NCBI RefSeq assembly: GCF_963921235.1
Contig: NC_086097.1
Location: forward strand, 166,720,001-166,784,000
Direction of reading: 5' to 3'
Origin: Mobula hypostoma
Lineage: Eukaryota
DNA: 64,000 nt
This document shows, one piece after another, positions 1-11,188 of the stretch. Made by a program: the position numbers and the translations under genes. The notes beneath the pieces are model-generated. The model was not told where the DNA came from. It saw nothing but the letters and a program-made list of their open reading frames with translations, and did not search any database. The stretch's first letter is position 1. Each line of letters starts with the position of its first letter.

Positions 1-297
1 GATCCAGGAGTGAAACACTTAACATATGAGGAGGATTTGATGCTTCTGGGCCTGTAGTCGATAGGGTTCAGAAAGATGGGTGCGGGGGGATCTCATTGAA
101 ATTTACTGGATCCGAAAGGCCTGGATAGAGTGAATGTGGAGAGAATGTTTCCATTAGGAAAAGAGGCTAAGATCCAAGGGCACAGCCTCAGAGTAAAGGG
201 ACATCCATTTAAAACTTAAAATGAGGAAGAATTTCTTCAGGCAGAGGGTGGTGAATCAGTGGATTCATTGCCACAGAAGGCTGTGGAGGGCAAGATC
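1..297 (+). mobile_element. Degenerate CR1 LINE 3' ORF2 fragment
   Basis: Homologous to the C-terminal part of the CR1 ORFs elsewhere in the window (GHSLR.KG.PFKT.MRKNFF.QRVVN). Confidence 0.75.
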
Positions 298-601
298 GTT
301 ACTGAAACATCAACTGTTGATTTCCAACCTTAGATGCTGCCAGTTCCTCCAGGATCTTGTATGATGTAAAAATATTAAGTCTATTAAGCAGGAAAGCTAA
401 CTTAGTGGTACTTGCACAGACGTCTATGATTACACCATACAGTTCAAGATTACCACACAATTGCACATCTGCTTCAAGAGTATTTCAGCTAAGATTTTCG
501 TTAATAATTCATATCAGCTTAGACAGAATTGAATGATTCAGTATTTTCTCGCTGGATACACATAAAAGAATGCTCGGAACATACTCTTCCCGAGCCACTA
601 C

Positions 602-801
602 CTGGACAAGCTGTCGCGAGAGGCTCCAGAGTCTGTGCTGTCCATTCTGTGAGCACCCAGTTCTCGGGCTCCTTCATGGACGACTAAGGCAGCACATCGG
701 GCACTGTTATCACTTCTGTCCAGACCTGACTCCCGGGAACTGTTCAGCTTCATTTGATGCTTGTAGTAATTATGGATACTGTCCCGGCATGGAATGTTTC
801 C
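602..801 (-). CDS. PIEZO2: PIEZO2 exon (200 nt, phase 0->2): GNIPCRDSIHNYYKHQMKLNSSRESGLD...HRMDSTDSGASRDSLS
   Basis: ttgcag|GGA ... TCCAG|gtagtg; matches human GNVPTRESIHMYYQ...SRESGLD...AHRMDS. Confidence 0.93.
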
Positions 802-974
802 CTGCAATAAAGTGACATAGGATAATTAGCAACTATGTAATATTAACTTGTATTCAATGTGTTGATGAGAGCAAATTTTGCTTAAAGTTGGTTTAACTTT
901 CTGCATTATTTCTTAAGAATCTCTACAAAAGTTCTTGATTCCTCTATTCCTTCTAAAAATAGTTGACTCACAAT

Positions 975-1640
975 CAGAATAAGATGTAATCTCACTGGTA
1001 TATGTCATGAAATGTGTTGTTTTGTGGCAGCAGTACACTGTAATACATAATAATAAAAGCTATAAATTACAATAAGAAACATAAATAACAATAAATTAAG
1101 CAAGTAGTGCGAAAAGAGCATAACAAGTGAGTCATGTTCATGGGTTCATTGTCCATTTGAAGATCTCTGACTGCAGCAGTGAGAGATTGAAGATGTCCCT
1201 GAACGCTCCTGCCAGTTGGTTGGTGCAGGTTTCCAATGCCCTACCGGGTACACCATCAGGCCCTTGAAAGGGTTCACACTCTTGAAAGATGCTCTGATGT
1301 TGGCCTCAAAGACAAAGATCACAGGGTCGTCAGACTCTTCCGGAATTCGCACAGGTATAGCTTTATTCTCCCTTTCAAAGTGTGTATAAAAGGCATCTGG
1401 GAGTGAAGTATCACAGCCATTCATGATGCCAAGTTTCACTTTGTAGGAAGCAATGGTCTGCAACCCCTGCCTGAGCTGACTCGAACTTCAATTGGAATTG
1501 TTTTTCTTGCCCTTAAAAGAGCCTTTTGTAGGTTGTACCTGGAGCTCTTGTATAGCTCTGGATCACCGGTCCTGAATGCCATGGATCTAGCCCTCACCAG
1601 ACTACAAATCTTCTGACTCATCCACGGCTTTTAGTTTGTT
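975..1640 (-). mobile_element. Rex1/L2-like LINE fragments
   Basis: Peptide AFRTGDPELYKSSRYNLQKA and a LINE-type 3' tail; heavily decayed, boundaries approximate. Confidence 0.5.
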
Positions 1641-1899
1641 CTGTAACACTATATTCTCCATTCTGCTTTCCTTTTTATGGCCTCAATGTACTTATAAATT
1701 GAATTTCTGTCTGGGCAGCACACAAACTAAAGCTTTTCACTTGATCACAGTACCTGTGTGAATGATAAACAAATACTGACACCATAAACCTGCAGTCTTG
1801 TGCTTTTGACTCTGGATTGCACTAGATTGGTTTATTATTGTTATGTACAGTGAAGAACTTGCTGTACATTGCTCATTCAGATCAGATCATCACATAGTA

Positions 1900-2059
1900 C
1901 AGGTCGACCTTCACTAACCCGGACCCGGCACCATTGGGACTGGAGGAGTGCCGGATTAGTGAAAATGCCGAATTACAGAAGGACCATATTAAGCATAATC
2001 AGTGCCGGATTATCGAAGGAACTGGATTGCAGGTAGTCGGATTAGTGAAGGTCAACCTG
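1900..2059. mobile_element. 160-bp Tc1/mariner (pogo/Tigger-type) MITE
   Basis: 22-bp TIRs CAGGTCGACCTTCACTAACCCG / revcomp CAGGTTGACCTTCACTAATCCG (20/22), TA on both sides (1898-1899, 2060-2061). Confidence 0.85.
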
Positions 2060-2494
2060 TACAAGGGAAAACAATACCAGATACAGAATAAAGTGAAACA
2101 GCTGCAGAAAGTGCAATTCAGGTAAATAATTAGGTGCAAATATTAAGGAAGTCGGTTGTGAGGTCAGGAGCCCATCTTATTGTACTGGGGAACCATTCCC
2201 CATCTTATAATGGCAGGGTAGAAACTGCCCTTAAGCCTGGTGGTACATGCTTTCAGGCTTTTGTATTTTCTGCCTGATGGAAGAAGGGAGAAGAGGGAAT
2301 GTCCAGGTGGATGGGGTCTTGACTGTGTTGGCTGCTTCACCGAGGCAGTGAGAAATGCAGGCAGTGTCCACGGAGGGGAGGCTGGTTTCTGTATGTGCTG
2401 AGCTGCATCCACGGTTCTCTGTAACTTCTTGCAGTCACATGCAGTGCAGTTGCCACACCTAGCTGTAATGCATCCATACAAAGTGCTTTCTATG

Positions 2495-2775
2495 GTGACA
2501 TCGCCAGCACTCAGTGATCGGGGTTCGATTCCTGCTGCCGTCGGTACAGAGTTTCTACATTCTCTCCATGACCAAGTGGTTTTCCTTCGGGTGCACTGGT
2601 TTCCTCCCACGTTCGAAAGACATTTGGATTAGGGTTACTAACCTGTGGGACTGGTACGGTGACATTTGCAGGCTGCCTGCAAGTACATATGAAGATTACG
2701 TTGGTTGTTGATGCAAATGACACATTTCATGGTATGTTTCGATGCTTTGATAAACGTGATAAATAAAGCTAATCT
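2495..2775 (+). mobile_element. tRNA-derived SINE inserted in a minus-strand Rex-like LINE remnant
   Basis: B-box GGTTCGATTCC at about 2522, followed by the GGTTTCCTCCCAC central motif typical of V-SINE-like elements. Confidence 0.6.
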
Positions 2776-3984
2776 TTATGATGCATTGGTAAAAACTGGT
2801 AAGGGTTGACTGGGATGTGCCAAATTCCTTTTGCCTCCTGAGGAAGTATTCTTGGTGAGCATTCTATGGCATCTACATGGTTGGAACAGGGCATGCTATT
2901 TGTGATGTTCACTTCTAGGAACAGTATGTTCTGTTTGAAACCTCATTCCTCTGGTCTCCAGAAGTGATTCTCAGCCAACTGCCTGATATGCTGGCATTCT
3001 ACAAATTCTCCACCCATTTGTAACACTTACAACTGCTTAGCACCATGCTACTTACTGAAGCCCAGACTTGAGCCTCAAGCAAGCATGAAAAGCAGACAGT
3101 GTGGTTGCTCTGTTGACTTAGTGCTCATTTGGATGGACTACTAAACACCCCTGTATTATCCTGAAGTGAGTGAACATAGAAAGGGCAACATTGCCACATG
3201 ATTTTTGGAACTGTGCTGTTTCTCCTTGTTTTGGTACTTAGGATGTTGGTGAAGCTCATATAAAGTATGAGACAGATGTCCCTGTATAGCTAAACAGGTT
3301 TCTGTCATTGATCCAGCAGACTGGAAAATAACTCCTAGCTCGAAACGGAATGCTCTTCAAGGCACGGAGGGACCACAGGCTTGTTCCCAAGGTTATAAAC
3401 TTCAGTAGAAATACAGGGAAGGACAATAGGATTGGAGATTGATGTAAAGGTATCAAACTCACTAAGCATAAGCAGACTTTGGGAGGATTGGATACTGATT
3501 GAATGGTTGGAGCAAAAGGATATTTTGTTATAACTGGATACTGAACAGGGGTAGTATCCTGTTGGTCAAAAGATAATTGCTTAAATGTTTATTGATATAT
3601 CATGAAATTGCTTATTTATGACAGGTAGCATTAGAATTAGGCTCTGAGAATAATAATAATTGAATATGGCTTTTGTGTTTTAAAATTACCATGGAGCTCT
3701 GTATCCAGAATGACTTAAAATTACAAGTCTTACCGTGATGATTATATCCTAGGTGTAATACTTACAACCTGAGTTCGGCAGTTCTAAGGTGATGATGAGC
3801 TCAGGATGAGCTGTGCTTGGGTGACTTTCTTTCATACGTTCCAATCAAATGGTGAGCAAAATAACTTGAATCTGAACTGATTAGAATTAGTGTGCGGAAT
3901 AAACGACTCCCCGCAACAGTCCTAGTAATATTAAATATAAGAGCTGAACAAGATTTGAAGCAAAATGATGTTAATATTCCATAC

Positions 3985-4151
3985 CTTCTTCACTTCTCTT
4001 GTAAGCATGCATCTCTCTATCCTCAGGACAGTGGATATATCAATGCATTCCTTTGAGATTGAATTTAGCCATTTAGTGAAACTATCCACCAAAGCCAAGA
4101 AGAGAACCCAAGTGAACTTCAGGAGGTTGAACACCCTCTTGAAAACATTAT
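3985..4151 (-). CDS. PIEZO2: PIEZO2 exon (167 nt, phase 1->0): (D)NVFKRVFNLLKFTWVLFLALVDSFTKWLNSISKECIDISTVLRIERCMLTREVKK
   Basis: tttccag|AT ... AAG|gtatgg; lies within ORF 3931..4254. Confidence 0.95.
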
Positions 4152-4849
4152 CTGGAAACAGAGAGAATGGGATTATTTTAAATTCATAGAGACATGAGAA
4201 ATTGCAGATGCTGGAATCTGGAGCAACAAACATTGACAACTGCTTTCTCCTCACAGACGCTGCTCAAACCGCAGTATTCCTCCAGTGGATTGTTTTTATA
4301 TCCAGTTATAAAACAGATCTTTAGCACATAGATTTTTAATCCAATGAAACTGTTGAAAATTTCAAAACTGTGATTGATAAGAGTGGATTAAGGTAGGTAG
4401 ATGGCGTTAAAACCCAGTTTTTGTGATCTGCATGATGAAGGAATAGGCCTGATGCAATTAAAGGTCCATTCCTACTCCTTGTAGATGGAAACTGTGGAAC
4501 TCCAAATGAGATTCTCTAATTTAGAAACCGCAGATAAGTTTTCTCAATATACAATTTACACCACATCACTGTCTTCTCTTAATGAATTCATTCTTTGGTA
4601 TAACTTGATTGGCTATCCTTTATAATACTGGTATCCTTGTAAGATATGAAGGCAAGCATATTGTAATTAAATCAAATTTTAATCATATTCTAATCACAAG
4701 CATTTGTATATGTTGCTCCAAATTTCCAGCTTCTGCAGTGTTTTTTCTGTTAACATTTACCCCATCGGGCTCCCTTAAGATATTAAGCATTTGAATAAAT
4801 TGAAATTCCAAAAATACAAACACAACTATCTAGTCTCTCTTAATAGGAC

Positions 4850-6700
4850 AACCACGTAATCCCGGAAATTAGCCTGGTGAATCTCTTTTGGACCTTCTGC
4901 AATGTTACAATATCTTTTATTTAGGTTAGGAAACCTAAACTGTTTACTTCTGGATGACCTCACTAATAACCTGTACAACTGTAAGAAAATCTCCCTTAAA
5001 CTCCAACCTCTTTGCAATAAAGCCAACATGCCATTTGCCTTCTTAACTACACATTGGACCTGCCTGCTAACTTCTTACAATGCATGCACAAGATGCCTTG
5101 TTTTCTGTTTTCAATACATAGTTACGTGCATTATCCAATATTCTGAACTTGTAGTTTATGAGCGAGCCTTTATTAGGACACCTCCTCAAATGCCTTTTTA
5201 AAATCCAATTTAGAATCTCAACCTGAGGACCAGACCTATCTTTTTCCATGTTTACCTTGAAAGTACTGGCATAATGATCATTGGATGCAAAGTGTTTCTC
5301 TACACAAATGTCTGTCACCTGCCATCTCATTCCCTAATAGGATCCCTAATAGCTTTAAATTCCCCCCCCCCACCCCCTGCTACCACCATGTAGAGCAATA
5401 GCAAAGGATGTTAGCCAACGTCCAGCTTAGGTGCAAACCATCCCTTCTGTACAGGTCCCATTTCCCTGGAACAATGCTGAAAATCCAAAAATCTAAAGCT
5501 CTCCCTCCTGCACCAACTCCTTAGGTACACGTTAACATGTATGATCTCCTACTTCTGGCCTTACTATCACGTGGCATGGATAGCAATCCTGAGATCACAA
5601 CCCTGGAGGTTCTGCCCTTTAACTTAGCACCTAACTCCATGAAAAAACAAGAGAAAATCTGCAGATGCTGGAAATCCAGGCAACACACACAAAATACTGG
5701 GGGAGCTCAGCAGGCCAGGCAGCATCCACGGAAAAGGTCCCGCTGAAGGGTTTCGGCCCGAAATGTTGACTGTGCCCTTTTCCTGGATGCTGCCTGACCT
5801 GCTGAGTTCCTCCAGCATTTTGTATGTGTTGCTCATCTAGTCCCCTGAACTCACTTTGCAGAACATCATTACCCCTCCAACCCGAGCTATTGGTAATGAC
5901 ATGGATCTCGCCCTTTTGCTGCTGACCCTCTCACTTAAGAATGCTCTGGACTCAATATGAGATTTCCCTGACCTCAGCATCTGTGAGGCAATAAACCATC
6001 CGGGAATCTCATTCTCATCCACATCCACAGAGCCTCCTTTCTCTTCCCCTAACCAACAAATTCCCATCACTATAGCTCATCTCTTCACCCCCACCTTCCC
6101 TTCTGAGCCACAGAGCCAGACTGACTGCCAGAGATATGACTGCTGTGGTTTTCCAAGGTGGTATACCTGTCATTGAGGTGAATGGTCACGGGGGCACTCT
6201 ACAGTTGCTGCCTATTCCCTTTCCTCCTCCTGATGATCACACAATTACCTGCGTCCTACACCTTTGGTACAACTTCCTCCCTGTATGTGCTGTCTATCAA
6301 CCCCTCAGCCTCCTGAATTATCTGGAGTTCATCCAGTTCCAGCTCTAATTCCTTAACACAGTCTGTAGAAGCTGCAGTTGAATGCACTTCTTGCAGGTGT
6401 AGTCGTCACGGATACTGGAGGTCCCTCTATCTTCCCAGATCCTGCAAGAGGAACCTTCCACTATCCTGCCTGGCATCCACACTTCTCTAAATATGAAATA
6501 AGAAATAAAGAAGGAATAACTGACGGAAAGAATATCTACCTATGGCCTATGCCTCTCCTCGCTAAAACCTCAATGAGCCAAAGCCTGAACCCCCACTCCA
6601 ACACAGGCCCACTCACACATTGGCCGCTCTCACAATGACCACCTCACTTAAACCTAACTTTTTTTTAACTGGACCTTGCAAATCGCCTAATTATGAGAAA
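4850..6700 (-). mobile_element. Old, internally deleted CR1 LINE with ORF1 (esterase/zinc-finger) and ORF2 remnants
   Basis: Minus-strand peptides MEKDRSGPQVEILNW (ORF2), GAKLKGRTSRVVISGLL (ORF1 esterase-like), YTCKKCIQLQLL. Confidence 0.65.
5643..5835. mobile_element. Miniature palindromic Penelope-like terminal-repeat derivative
   Basis: Inverted arms (GCAACACACACAAAA...GGCAGCATCCA / TGGATGCTGCC...TTTTGTATGTGTTGC) around a decayed hammerhead-like core at 5737-5771. Confidence 0.7.
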
Positions 6701-7157
6701 TCCAATGTCTCCTCAGGACTGTGGCACGCAAAATGTGCCAACTGCTTCCTGCTCTCTTCTTTTAATCTCTTCGTCCCTCCAAGCAATCTGGTGTCTGCTT
6801 GGGACTGCATTATGCAAAATGTTCACTCTCAAAATCTATTGTATTTTCTCCCTTCATGCAAGATCACATCTCAAAATCTATTTTCTCCCTTCTCATGAGT
6901 TTTCATGACTACAACAGGAAGTCAAAACTGTCCAGTGCATCACCAGTACCAACATAGATGCCCTCAAAGATAGACATACAGAAAGGTGGCCAGCATCATC
7001 ATGAAGAATCCCATCCACCCTTCTCATGAACTGTTTGTCCCACTCCCATCAGGGACGAGGCTATGTAGCATCCATGCCAGGACCACCAGACTCAAAAAGT
7101 TTATATATACATATACAGACATACACGCATACATATAAACACACTCATGTATATGCA

Positions 7158-7211
<54 letters not shown>
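7158..7211. repeat. (CT)n-(CA)n compound microsatellite
   Basis: Direct reading; about 21 CA units. Confidence 0.95.
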
Positions 7212-7214
<3 letters not shown>

Positions 7215-7777
7215 ATGCCTCTTTCTTATGGAATCCCACTTTCTAACTGGGATTTGAGGGGAAGTATTTTAAGTATTTTAGAGATAACTAATCTAAAGGG
7301 TGTGATGGCCTCTGGGAATACCATAACCGTGTTGCAACGTTTGGAAATTGGACTCTGGCTCTTTCACCCTAAGCTGACATACAGTATATATTTAGCATGA
7401 GCAGAACAACATTTGAGCTGAAGGAAATTACGTGCATTCTATTGTAGAAAATTATGTAATTTGGGGTCTGTTATAACAAAGCATTTTCCATAAAAGCTCG
7501 GACTTTTAAAGCAAACTCATACAGACAATGAGGGAAAGGGGTATAGAGAAAGAGTATGGGAACGGGCAAGAACAGATTGCTCAATAAGACAAAACAGTTC
7601 TTTCTAGGTCACAATAATTCTACCTTGGTCACTGGGGAAATAGGTCAAATGTTGAGTCTCATATATTAAAGTGAAACAAGGATGGCATTGCATGCTCTAT
7701 TGTCATATCTGGGTTCTTGACATTTTTTGCATGTGTGAACCTGGATGTAACTTAGGAAACTTTTCCCTGTGACTGTG

Positions 7778-7783
7778 CATGCA
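7778..7783 (-). promoter_or_regulatory. RBFOX motif UGCAUG about 48 nt downstream of the exon-35-like donor
   Basis: Plus strand CATGCA at 7778-7783; typical enhancer position. Confidence 0.5.
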
Positions 7784-7830
7784 CATAATTCCTGTATTTT
7801 GTCTACTTTCCTCTTGCAAAGCTGTCATAC

Positions 7831-7908
7831 CTGGTCCATTAGATTGTTTATGCACTTCTTCTGGCGTGGGTAATTCTTCTGACTCCTCACATTCGATTGC
7901 AATGTGAC
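7831..7908 (-). CDS. PIEZO2: PIEZO2 cassette exon (78 nt, phase 1->1), equivalent to mammalian exon 35: (G)HIAIECEESEELPTPEEVHKQSNGP
   Basis: ttttgtttag|GT ... CCAG|gtatga; symmetric; positional and sequence match to human GPVEWEDREDEPIKKKSDGP. Confidence 0.85.
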
Positions 7909-10900
7909 CTAAACAAAAGAAAGTGGAATGACACCTCAGCACACTCAAAATCATTCCAGCAGTGTCAATCCAGAATTTACTCAGTTTCTCTGGATTTGTT
8001 TTCAAACTACCTCAATCACCTTATCATGCTTTGACCTTAGACAATTCCTAAAATGACTACTTGGTCTCCAAAGAAATTAAAATGAACAATGAAATACAAG
8101 AATAATACTCTTACATTCACCATCCCATTTTTGTCCAAGAAGCTTATGGATATACAGTAACTTAAATAAGAAATGGGTGAATAACTGCAGGGAATAGGGA
8201 ATAATATTGCTAACAAAGTCAGAACTTCCTTTTTAGGAATGCAATACTTTTCTACATTGCCTAAAAACTCTAAAGTAGAAGCAAATGTAAGCATTTGGAC
8301 TCTGTATTTGCTCAACTATGTTATCCCTTGCGATTGGGGTTTTTCAAAGTTACTCCATGTTATTTAAAAGTAGCCCATCTCTTCGGGATACTTTACAGCT
8401 TGGTCCACTATTCAAGAAGATCGACGCCAACGATTTACTTTAATACCATTTCCTATGTGTCCCTTGATCCTTCCAATATACATAAAAATATTTTCACTGT
8501 TCAATGACTGAGATTCTACAGCCCTTCAGGATAGAAAATTCCAAAGTTTCAGCACCCTCCTAGTGCAGAAACATTTCTTCATTTCAGTCTTAAATGACTT
8601 ACTCCACATTTTGAGATCATAATTCTAGCCTATAAATCAGATATTAAATCCATCTTGCCTTTGGTCTATTACTATTTCTATGTCTTCATATCACATTCCT
8701 TATTATATTCTCCAGCTCTTTCCCCATCACCAATGTAGGTCTGCTGTTTCCGGTTTTCTTTTGTCCTCCTTTAATCAGTGGGGTCACTTTTCCTGTTGCT
8801 GGAATCTATGTAGCATATAAATTCCTATGAATGCATTGAATCAAGAATGTAGACAATCTGGAAGATGATAATCAGAGCTTTCACCACCTCCATTCAAAAT
8901 TCTAGGATATCGGACTTCAGGTCTTTGGAATTTAGTAGCTTTCAGACTCTTTAACTTCCCCAGCATTTATCATTTGCTCATACTACTTTCTTTTACTTAT
9001 TACCAATGTAACTTTCTACAACAAAATTAACATCAATGTCTGCTGGTCTCACCCGTCCTGGACATCCTCTCTTCTCCCCCCTCCCACTGGGCAGGAGGTA
9101 CAAGAGCCTGAAAGCACATACTGCTAGACTCAGGGGCAGCTTCTATCCCACTGGTATAAAACAATTGAATAGTCCCCTTGTATGATAAAATGTATTCTCT
9201 ACCTTTTAATCTACCTCATCATTGCCTTGCAACATATTGTCTGCCTGCACTACAATTTCTCTGAACAAGTAACACCTATACTGCAATCTATTAAGACCAT
9301 AAAATATAGGAGCAGAATTAGGCCATTTGACCCATTGAGTCTTATCTGCCATTCCATTATGGCTGATTTAATATTCCTCTCAATCCCATTCTCCTTTGAC
9401 ACTATTTTCTTTCTTCATTAATTTAAAAGGAACATAAATACAAACAAGAGGAGAATTATCTCAAATGTATATATATCAATAACAATACCAACCGAGATTG
9501 ACATAGACATTATCAGCATTATATATAGTGTTAAGCTAGTATATAATATATAAAAAAGAAAACAGCAATTCTCCTCATATCAGTTCATAAAGAGAAAAGA
9601 AAAAACTTTGGATTTTAAATGAAGAAAAAAAAACCCACTACACTATACAAAAAAAACAAAAAAAAAAAGGGACTGGGCAGTCCATTCTGAGGATACAACC
9701 AAAAAAAAAGAAAAACTTTCTGATCAAATCAAAAACTTCGAGAAAAAAAATTGTAAGTGCAATAAATCAAATTAAATGGTAATATTGAATAAAAGCTTGC
9801 CAGATTTGTTCAAATTTAAAGGATGTATCAAATATCCGACTTCTTATTTTCTCTAAACTTAAACAGGACATAATGGTGGAAAGCCAATAAAAGACCGTAG
9901 GTCGATTAGAATCCTTCCACTTCAATAAAATGGCTCTCCTAGCCAATAAAGTCGAAAAGGCTATCATATGTTGAGTGGAAACAGGAATGTTTCCTGCTTC
10001 CGATGGGATAATCCCAAAAATTGCCGTAAGCAAATTAGGATGTAGATCCAGATCCAAGACTTTTGATAGTGTTTTAAAAACATCTCTCCAAAAGTTATTT
10101 AGCTTTATACACGACCAATACATGTGAATTAAAGTGGCCACCTCAATATTACATCTGTCACAAATAGGATTGTTATTGGAAAAAATACACACTAGTTTAT
10201 CCTTCGACATATGCGCCCGATGCACTACCTTGAACTGTATCAAGGAATGATGGGCATAGGTAGATGAGTTGTTAACCAAATGAAAAATTTTACTCCACTG
10301 ATTATCTGAAAATGACTCTTGAAATTCCAATTCCCAAGCACGTTTAATTTTATCATTAGATATCATTCATAAGTTCAATAACCGTTTATAGATTGTAGCT
10401 ATCAACCCTTTTTGAAATGGTTTAAACTGAAAGAGAACGTCTGTCATATTAGATGGATAAGCAGAGGGGTAATTTGGCAACAAACCATGTAAAAAATTCT
10501 TAATTTGTAAATATCTATAAAAGTGTACATTAGATAATCATATTTATCCACTAACTGAGAAAAATACATTAAACAGTCCCCTAAAAACAAATCTGAAAAA
10601 GTTATTATTCCCTTGGTTTTCCAAATTAAAAATGCCTTGTCCAAAATTGATGGTTTAAAAAAAATTGAGATGGTATTACTAGAAAGAATAAAACTACTTA
10701 GCTCAAAAAATCTACGAAACTGAAACCAAATTCTTAACATATGTTAACAAAAGGGGGTTAAAATCTTGTCTACTAATCTTAGGAAAACAAAAAAGGAAGA
10801 GGAGCTCCCAGCAAAGAGGCCAAAGAAAATCCTTTCACCGAGTTTTCCTCCAAATCCAACCATGAAGGACATTCATGTGTATCTGAATAGTGAATCTAAA

Positions 10901-11188
10901 AAGTAATATATCGAATATTAATTGCCCAATAGTACATTCTAAAATTTGACAAAGCCATACCACCATCCTTTTTTAATTTCTGCTATAAGGGTTTACTCAA
11001 TCTAGGATTTTTATTGTTCCAAATACATGATAAAATTATAGAATCTATTCTGTCAAAGAACTTTTTAGGAACAAAGGAAGGAACTGCCTGAAACACATGT
11101 AAGAGTTTCAGTAAATCTATCATTTTAATAGCATTAATTCAACCTATTAAAGATAATGTCATAGGCAACCATTTAGAAAGCATTTGTT

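Noticed and set aside
570..815. Plus-strand 81-aa Cys/His-rich ORF
   Set aside because: Antisense shadow of the PIEZO2 exon 602-801
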